Assembly: GCA_964016885.1 (NCBI GenBank)
Contig: OZ024748.1
Span: forward strand, 35,216,001 to 35,280,000
Direction: 5' to 3'
From: Eledone cirrhosa
Lineage: Eukaryota
Length of the DNA: 64,000 nt
The position numbers and the translations under genes are program-made. Positions 51,701 through 61,168 of the stretch are shown here, piece by piece. Each line of letters opens with the position of its first letter. Positions within the stretch are counted from its first letter, which is position 1. The notes below the pieces were generated by a model. That model was not told where the DNA came from, did not search any database, and was given only the letters and a program-made list of their open reading frames with translations.

Positions 51701-54700
51701 TATCTCAGATGTGGTAGGGAGTGACAGACTCTACATCCCAGTCTAGGTGATATATATTACATGTAGTAGGGAGTGACAGACTCTACACCCCAGTCTAGGT
51801 GGTACATCTCAGCTGTGGTAGTGAGTAACAGACTCTACACCCCAGTCTAGGCGGTATATCTCAGCTGTGGTAGGGTGTGGTAGACTCTACACCCAGTCAA
51901 GATGGTATATCTCAGCTATGGTAGGGTATGGTAGACTCTACACCCCTGTCTAGGTGGTATATCTCAGCTGTGGTAGGGAGTGACAGACTCTACACCCCAG
52001 TCTAGGTGGTATATCTTACATGTGGTAGGGAGTGACAGACTCTACACCCCAGTCTAGGTGGTATATCTTACATGTGGTAGGGTGTGACAAACTCTACACC
52101 CCAGTCTAGGTGGTATATCTCAGCTGTGGTAGGGAGTGGTACACTTTACACCATGTCTAGGTGGTATATCTCAGCTGTGGTAGGGAGTGACAGACTCTAC
52201 ACCCCAGTCAAAGTGGTTTACCTCAGCTGTGGTAGGGAGTCGTAGACTCTACACCCCAGTCTAGGTGGTATATCTCAGCTGTGGTAGACTCTACACCCCA
52301 GTCTAGGTGGTATATCTCAAGTGTGGTAGGGAGTGACAGACTCTACATCGCAGTCTAGATGGTATATCTCAGCTGTGGTAGTGAGTGACAGACTCTACAC
52401 CCCAGTCTATGTGGTATATCTCAACTGTGGTAGGGTGTGACAATTCTACACCCCAGTCTAGGTGGTATATCTCAACTGTGGTAGGGAGTGACAGACTCTA
52501 CACCCCAGTCTAGGTGGTATATCTAAGCTGTGGTAGTGAGTGACAGACTCTACACCCCAGTCTAGGTGGTATATCTAAGCTGTGGTAGTGAGTGACGGAC
52601 TCTACACCCCAGTCTAGGTGGTATATCTCAGCTGTGGTAGGGAGTGACAGACTCTACACCCCAGTCTAGGTGGTATATCTCAGATGTGGTAGGGAGTGAC
52701 AAACTCTACATCCCAGTCTAGGTGGTATATCTCAGCTGTGTGTGTCTGTGGGGGGGGGGGGGGGTCGATTTTAAACACCAGTCTAGGTGGTATATGTCAG
52801 CTGTGGTAGTGAGTAACAGACTCTACACCCCAGTCTAGGTGGTATATCTCAGCTGTGGTAGGGAGTGACAGACTCTACATCCCAGTCTAGATGGTATATC
52901 TCAGCTGTGGTAGTGAGTGACAGACTCTACACCCCAGTCTAGGTGGTATATCTCAACTGTGGTAGGGTGTGACAACTCTACACCCCAGTCTAGGTGGTAT
53001 ATCTCAGCCGTGGTAGGGAGTGACAGACTCTACACCCCAGTCTGGGTGGTATATCTAAGCTGTGTTAGTGAGTGACAGACTCTACACCCCAGTCTAGGTG
53101 GTATATCTCAGCTGTGGTAGTGAGTGACGAACTCTACACCCCAGTCTAGGTGGTATATCTAAGCTGTGGTAGTGAGTGACAGACTCTACACCCCAGTCTA
53201 GGTGGTATATCTCAGATGTGGGAGGGAGTGAAAGACTCTACACCCCAGTCTAGGTGGTATATCTCAGATGTGGGAGGGAGTGACAGACTCTACACCCCAG
53301 TCAAGGTGGTATACCTCAGCTGTGGTAAGGAGTGGTAGACTCTACACCCCAGTCTAGGTGGTATATCTCAGCTGTGGGAGGGAGTGATAGACTCTACACC
53401 CAGTCTAGATGGTATATCTCAGCTGTGGTAGGGTGTGGTAGACCCTACACCCAAGTCTAGGTGGTATATCTTACATGTGGTAGGGAGTGACAGACTCTAC
53501 ACCCCAGTCTAGGTGGTATATCTCAGCTGTGGTAGGGTGTGGTAGACTCTACACCCTAGTCTAGGTGGTATATCTCAGATGTGGTAGGGAGTGACAGACT
53601 CTACATCCCAGTCTAGGTGATATATCTTACATGTGGTAGGGAGTGACAGACTCTACACCCCAGTCTAGGTGGTATATCTCAGCTGTGGTAGTGAGTAACA
53701 GACTCTACACCCCAGTCTAGGTGGTATATCTCAGCTGTGGTAGTGAGTAACAGACTCTACACCCCAGTCTAGGTGGTATATCTCAGCTGTGGTAGGGTGT
53801 GGTAGACTCTACACCCAGTCAAGATGGTATATCTCAGCTATGGTAGGGTATGGTAGACTCTACACCCCTGTCTAGGTGGTATATCTCAGCTGTGGTAGGG
53901 AGTGACAGACTCTACACCCCAGTCTAGGCGGTATAACTTACATGTGGTAGGGAGTGACAGACTCAACACCCCAGTCTAGGTGGTATATCTCAGATGTGGT
54001 AGGGAGTGACAGACTCTACATCCCAGTCTAGGTGATATATATTACATGTGGTAGGGAGTGACAGACTCTACACCCCAGTCTAGGTGGTATATCTCAGCTG
54101 TGGTAGTGAGTAACAAACTCTACACCCCAGTCTAGGTGGTATATCTCAGCTGTGGTAGTGAGTAACAGACTCTACACCCCAGTCTAGGTGGTATATCTCA
54201 GCTGTGGTAGGGTGTGGTAGACTCTACACCCAGTCAAGATGGTATATCTCAGCTATGGTAGGGTATGGTAGACTCTACACCCCTGTCTAGGTGGTATATC
54301 TCAGCTGTGGTAGGGAGTGACAGACTCTACACCCCAGTCTAGGTGGTATATCTTACATGTGGTAGGGAGTGACAGACTCTACACCCCAGTCTAGGTGGTA
54401 TATCTTACATGTGGTAGGGAGTGACAGACTGTACACCCCAGTCTAGGTGGTTTATCTCTCAGCTGTGGGAGGGAGTCAAAGACTCTATTCCACAGTCTAG
54501 GTAGTATATCTCAGCTGGGAGTGACAGACTCTACACTCCAGTCTAGATGGTATATCTCAGCTGTGGTAGGGAGTGAAAGACTCTATTCCACAGTCTAGGT
54601 AGTATATCTCAGCTGTGAGGTACAGATTCTACACCCCAGTCTAGGTGGTATATCTCGGCTGTGGTAAGGAGTCTAGACTCTACACCACAGTCTAGGTGAT

Positions 54701-57700
54701 AGGGAGTGACAGATTCTACACCCTAGTTTGGGTAGTATATCTCAGCTGGGGTAGTTTGTTGTTGATTCAACACCCCAGAGTAGGTGGTATAACTCAGCTA
54801 TGACGGACAGATTCTACACCTCAGTCTGTGTTGTTTACCTCAGCTATGACAGACACTACACCCCACACTAGGTGATATATCTCAGCTGGGTTATGGAGTG
54901 AAAGACTCTACACCCCAGTAGAGGTGATATACCTCAGCTGTGGTAGAGAGTGGTAGATTCTACACCCCAGTCTAGGTGGTAGATCTAAGATTTGGTAGTG
55001 AGTGACAGACTCTACACACCAGTCTCGGTGGTATATCTGAGCTGTGGTAGGGAGTGATAGACTCTACACCCAGTCTAGATGGTATATCTCAGCTGTGGTA
55101 GAGTGTGGTAGACTCTACACCCTAGTCTAGGTGGTAGATCTCAGATGTGATAGGGAGTGACAGATTCTACACCCCAGTCTAGGTGGTATATCTTACATGT
55201 GGTAGGGTGTGACAATCTCTACACCCCAATCTAGGTGGTATATCTCAGCTGTGGTAGTGAGTGACAGACTCTACATCCCAGTCTAGGTGGTATATCTCAG
55301 CTGTGGTAGGGAGTGATAGACTCTACACCCAGTTTAGATGGTATATCTCAGCTGTGGTAGGGAGTGACAGACTCTACACCCCAGTCTAGGTGGGATATCT
55401 AAGCTGTGGTAGTGAGTGACAGACTCAACACCCCACTCTAGGTGGTATATCTCAGATGTGGTAGGGAGTGACAAACTCTACATCCCAGTCAAAGTGGTAT
55501 ATCTCAGATGTGGGAGGGAGTGGTACACTTTACACCATGTCTAGGTGGTATATCTCAGCTGTGGTAGGGAGTGACAGACTCTACACCCAAGTCAAAGTGG
55601 TTTACCTCAGCTGTGGTAGGGAGTGGTAGACTCTACACCCCAGTCTAGGTGGTATATCTCAGCTGTGGTAGACTCTACACCCCAGTCTAGGTGGTATATC
55701 TCAGCTGTGGTAGGGAGTGACAGACTCTACACCCCAGTCTAGGTGGTATATCTCAGCTGTGGTAGTGAGTGACAGAATCTACACCCCAGTCTAGGTGGTA
55801 TATCTCAGCTGTGGTAGGGAGTGACAGACTCTACATCCCAATCTAGATGGTATATCTCAGCTGTGGTAGTGAGTGACAGACTCTACACCCCAGTCTAGGT
55901 GGTATATCTCAACTGTGGTAGGGTGTGACAACTCTACACCCCAGTCTAGGTGGTATATCTCAGCCGTGGTAGGGAGTGACAGACTCTACACCCCAGTCTA
56001 GGTGGTATATCTAAGCTGTGGTAGTGAGTGACGAACTCTACACCCCAGTCTAGGTGGTATATCTAAGCTGTGGTAGTGAGTGACAGACTCTACACCCCAG
56101 TCTAGGTGGTATATCTCAGATGTGGGAGGAGTGATAGACTCTACACCCCAGTCTAGGTGGTATATCTCAGATGTGGGAGGGAGTGACAGACTCTACACCC
56201 CAGTCAAGGTGGTATACCTCAGCTGTGGTAAGGAGTGGTAGACTCTACACCCCAGTCTAGGTGGTATATCTCAGCTGTGGTAGGGAGTGATAGACTCTAC
56301 ACCCAGTCTAGGTGGTATATCTCAGCTGTCGTATGGAGTGACAGAGTCTCTACCCCAGTCTAGGTGGTATATTTCAGTGTGTGGTAGGAAGTGACACACT
56401 CTACATCCCACTCTAGGTGGTATATCTCAGGTGTGGGAGGGAGTAACAGACTCTACACCCCAGTCTAGGTGGTATACCTCAGCTGTGGTAGGGAGTGAAA
56501 GACTCAGCACCCGAGTCTAGGTGGTATATCTCAGCTGTGGTAGACTCTACATCCAAGTCTAGCTGGTATATCTCAGCTGTGGTAATGAAGTGACAGACTC
56601 TACACCCCACTCAAATGGTATACCGCAGCTGTGGTAGTGAGTGATAGCCTCTACACACCCTCTAGGTTGTATATCTCAGCTGTGGTAGGGTGTGGTAGAA
56701 CCTACACCCAAGTCTAGGTGGTATATCTTACATGTGGAAGGGAGTGACTGACTCTACACCCCAGTCTAGGTGGTATATCTCAGCTGTTGTAGGGTGTGGT
56801 AGACTCTAGACCCTAGTCTAGGTGGTATATCTCAGATGTGGTAGGGAGTGACTGACTCTACATCCCAGTCTAGGTGGTATATCTCAGCTGTGGTAGTGAG
56901 TAACAGACTCCACACCCCAGTCTAGGTGGTATATCTCCACTATGGTAGGGTATGGTAGATTCTACACCCTAGTCTAGGTGGTAGATCTCAGATGTGGTAG
57001 GGAGTGACAAACACTACACCCCTGTCTAGGTGGTATATCTTACATGTGGTCGGGAGTGACAGGCGCTACACCCCAGTCTAGGTGGTATATCTTACATGAG
57101 GTAGGGTGTGGCAAACTCTACACCCCAGTCTATGTGGTATATCACAGCTGTGGTAGGGAGTGGTAGACGCTACACCCCAGTCCAGGTGGTATATCTCAGC
57201 CGTGGTAGGTAGTGAAAGACTCTAAACACCAGGCTAGGTGGTTTATCTCTGCTGCGATAGGGAGTGATAGACTCTACACCCCAGTCTATGTGGTATAACA
57301 CAGCAGGGGTAGGGAGTGGTAGACTCTACACCCCAGTCTAGGTGGTATATCTCAGCTGTTGTTGGGAGTGGTAAACATTACACCCCAGTCTATGTTGTAT
57401 ATCTCAGATGTGGTAGGGAGTGACAGACTCTATACCCTATGTTGTGTGGTATACCAAAACTGTGACAGAGTCTACACACCCAGTCTAGGTGGTATACCAC
57501 AGCTCTGGTAGGGTGTGACAAACTCTACATCCCTGTCTAGGTGGTATATCTCAGCGGTGGTAGGGAGTGACAGATTCTACACACCAGTCTATGTGGTATA
57601 TCACAGCTGTGGTAGGGAGTGGTAGACTCTACACCCCAGTCTAGGTGGTATATCTTACATGTAGTAGGGTGTGACAAACTGTACACTCCAGTCTAGGTGG

Positions 57701-59072
57701 TATATCTCAGCTGTGGTTGGGAGTTGCAGACTCTACACCCCAGTCTAGGTGGTATATTTCAGCTGTGGTAGGAAGTGATAGACTCTACATCCCAGTCTAG
57801 GTGGTATACCTCAGCTGTGGTAGGGAGTGACAGACTGTACACCACATTCTAGGTGGTATATCTCAGCTATGGTAGACTCTACATCCAAGTCTAGCTGGTA
57901 TATCTCAGCTGTGGTAATGAAGTGACAGACTGTACACCCCAATCTAAATAATATACCACAGCTGTGGTAGTGAGTGATAGCCTCTTCACACCCTCTAGGT
58001 GGTATATCTCAGATGTGGTGGGGAGTGACAGATTCTACACCCCAGTCTAGGTGGTATATCTCAGAAGTGGTAGTGAGTGACAGACTCTACACCCCAGTCG
58101 AGGTGGTATATCTTACATCTGGTAGGGAGTGACAGACTCTACACTCCAGTCTAGGTGGTATATCTTACATGTGGTAGGGTGTGACAAACTCTACACCCCA
58201 GTCTAGGTGGTATATCTCAGCTGTGGTAGGGTGTGGTAGACTCTACACCGTAGTCTAGGTGGTAGATCTTAGATGTGGTAGGGAGTGACAGACGCTACAA
58301 CCCAGTCTAGGTGGTACATCTCAGCTGTGGTAGGGAGTGACAGACTCTACACCCGAGTCTAGGTGGTATATCTCAGCTGTGGTAGTGAGTGACCGACGCT
58401 ACACCCCAGTCTAGGTGGTAACTCTTAGCTGTTGTAGGGAGTGACCGACTCTACACCCCAGTCTATATGGTATATCTCAGCTGTGGTAGTGAGTGACAGA
58501 CTCTACACCCCAGTCTAGGTGGTATATCTCAGCTGTGGTAGTGTATGATAGACTCTACACCCAGTCTAGATGGTATATCTCAGCTGTGGTAGGGTGTGGT
58601 AGACTCTACACCCCAGTCTAGGTGGTATATCTCAGCTGTGGTAGTGAGTGACAGACTCTACACCCCCGTCTCGGTGGTATATCTCAGCTGTGGTAGGGTG
58701 TGATGGCCTCTACACCCAGTCTAGATGGTATATCTCAGCTGTGGTAGGGAGTGGTAGATTCTACACCGCAGTCTAGGTGGTATATCTCAGCCGAGGTAGG
58801 GAGTGACAGACTCTACACCCTAGTCTATGTGGTATATCTAAGCAGTGGTAGTGAGTGACAGACGCTACACCCCAGTCTAGGTGGTATATCTCAGCTGTGG
58901 TAGGGTGTGACAAACTCTACATCCCAGTCTAGGTGGTATATCTCAGCTGTGGTAGGGTGTGACAATCTCTACATCCCAATCTAGGTGGTATATCTCAACT
59001 ATGGTAGGGTGTGATAGACTCTACACCCCAGTCTAGGTGGTATATATCAGCTGTTGTAGGGAGAGACAGACT
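15731..59072. repeat. 52-bp satellite array, main block (about 830 monomers)
   Basis: Consensus gtctaggtggtatatctcagctgtggtagggagtgacagactctacacccca, head-to-tail in one orientation; edges more diverged than the core. Confidence 0.99.
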
Positions 59073-59438
59073 TGTAGCGGTTGTCTCCCTTGTTTTGATT
59101 AGGATCTAGACGGGAAGTGGAACCCTTTCTGCAACTTCCGGTCAGAGCCCTATAAAACTAACAACTTTAAGCTTCCTCTCTCTCTTTGCCTTTTCGGCAC
59201 CAGGTCGAAGAGCCTCTCATTTGACTCTGCCATTAATTTGGCCAACAGGCGCCTGGCCTTAGCCAGGCGCCCTCTGCCAGCCGCGTTTGCCTGGCAATCA
59301 AAACGGTAACTACTAACTTTGTTTCATTCTAATATCTATCTTTGACATGTCAAGTATTCTATCTACCGTTAATTAAATATTATATACACAAACATTGTCT
59401 CGTTTTGTTACATTCATACACCCAGTATCCTCGCTATA
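59073..59438 (+). repeat. 5' LTR
   Basis: TGTAGCGG...TCGCTATA; TATAAAA 59151-59157; ATTAAA 59372-59377. Confidence 0.95.
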
Positions 59439-59439
59439 T

Positions 59440-59457
59440 TGGTAACCCTGACGTGAT
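59440..59457 (+). promoter_or_regulatory. Primer-binding site, tRNA-Trp
   Basis: tggtaaccctgacgtgat lies 1 nt after the LTR; 16/18 match to the complement of the metazoan tRNA-Trp 3' end (TGGTGACCCCGACGTGAT, from memory). Confidence 0.85.
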
Positions 59458-60790
59458 ACGAACACGCAGCCGTTCATCGCTATAAGTGGTCACCCCCAAA
59501 AAAAGAAAAAAATAGCACATCTGGTTTTGTGAGTAACATTACGAATACACAGCAAATTTAGCGACAAACTATGAAAATACTCAAGGACACGCACACACGC
59601 ACATGTGGAATTCGCACAGACATACTTTTTCTCTCACGCATCAATTAACTGTCGCATTTCACCAATATATATATATATGTTTCTCGTTTCTTACAACGAA
59701 CACTTTCAAAACAAAAAAAGCATTTCACGATATATATATATGTTTCTCGTTTCTTACAACGAACTCTTTCAAAACACAAAAAAAAAAAAGAAATTTGATA
59801 TTCTTTAAAAAACATTTCAACAGGAACATTTATTTTCGATGAACCATTGCCTTTTGTTCTTCGTTTTCTTCATCGTTCAAGTTTTTTTTTTTTTTCCAAA
59901 AGTTCACACCTATAATTATGCTGATTGAAGCCTTTCTTTTTCATCATTGTCACTTTCAAAATTGCACTATCATTTTCTCGCGCGTTAGAAATATTTTTTT
60001 TTCAACCTTGTATTGGCACGTGTAGGCAGCATAAATTCTCGATTCACTGAGATGTCTCTACTCACAGACAGCCGCACGCCATTTATCACCAGGGATTCTT
60101 CAGCCTTAAGCTATATTCTTCTATTTGCCGGTTTATAAATTTACAATGTAAATTTACCGTTGATAACCGCGCATTTATTAAGAATGCTTATTTCTCTGGT
60201 CGCTGGCCTCTTGACCCTTCCAGGTCAACGCATTCTCAACATCGACCATCAACTTCGGCTGCTATTTCTAGCACTTTGCGCAACTCATTTTTTTCTAAAA
60301 AAAATTTTTTTTACTGTGAATTTAAACACCGAATACGCTCACTCAGCGAGACAACAGCAGCAGCAACAGCAATATAACAGCAACAGCAATACATCAACAC
60401 AGCTTCACCAAAGCCAGAGAATTTATTTTTGCAGCACTCTTCCTGTGAGAAAATCCATTCGGAGGTTGGAAATTTCACGATATACCACAGAACAGAAACC
60501 ACCTGCATTCATTCTCTGGAACACATTTTCTTTCCTGCTGTCATGTGATTGCACACCTGTGAACTATATTTTGAACTTTGAGCTCTTCTATTACTTTTAC
60601 TTTATTACATTGTATCTTTGGGTGATGGATAGATGGATGTCCAGTCGTTCTCTGGCCAAGAGCGGTTGGCTACCTTGATATCTATCATTGATTTTTCCAA
60701 ACATTCTTTTGTCGTAATTTTCATGCCTGTTACAACATTCTCGCCAACTTGCTACATATTTTCATTTCGATTTTTATACACTAAAATTCT

Positions 60791-60799
60791 GGCGGGAGG
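60791..60799 (+). promoter_or_regulatory. Polypurine tract
   Basis: ggcgggagg lies 3 nt before the 3' LTR. Confidence 0.7.
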
Positions 60800-60802
60800 T
60801 TA

Positions 60803-61168
60803 TGTAGCGGTTGTCTCCCTTGTTTTGATTAGGATCTAGACGGGAAGTGGAACCCTTTCTGCAACTTCCGGTCAGAGCCCTATAAAACTAACAACTTTAA
60901 GCTTCCTCTCTCTCTTTGCCTTTTCGGCACCAGGTCGAAGAGCCTCTCATTTGGCTCTGCCATTAATTTGGCCAACAGGCGCCTGGCCTTAGCCAGGCGC
61001 CCTCTGCCAGCCGCGTTTGCCTGGCAATCAAAACGGTAACTACTAACTTTGTTTCATTCTAACATCTATCTTTGACATGTCAAGTATTCTATCTACCGTT
61101 AATTAAATATTATATACACAAACATTGTCTCGTTTTGTTACATTCATACACCCAGTATCCTCGCTATA
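60803..61168 (+). repeat. 3' LTR
   Basis: Identical to the 5' LTR except 60954 (G vs A at 59224) and 61063 (C vs T at 59333). Confidence 0.95.

Larger units (their letters stand above)
59073..61168 (+). mobile_element. Non-autonomous LTR retrotransposon (Gypsy-type, TRIM-like), 2,096 bp
   Basis: Two 366-bp LTRs differing at 2 sites, TSD GACT (59069-59072 / 61169-61172), PBS, PPT; no recognisable gag/pol in the 1,364-bp interior. Confidence 0.95.

Noticed and set aside
59073-59438. Retrozyme or Cassandra-type LTR
   Set aside because: No CTGANGA/GAAA hammerhead core and no 5S-like segment seen on either strand.
60160-60678. 172-aa poly-Q ORF as gag or a cargo gene
   Set aside because: TTG start, low complexity, and no zinc knuckle, protease, RT or integrase motifs that I can recognise.
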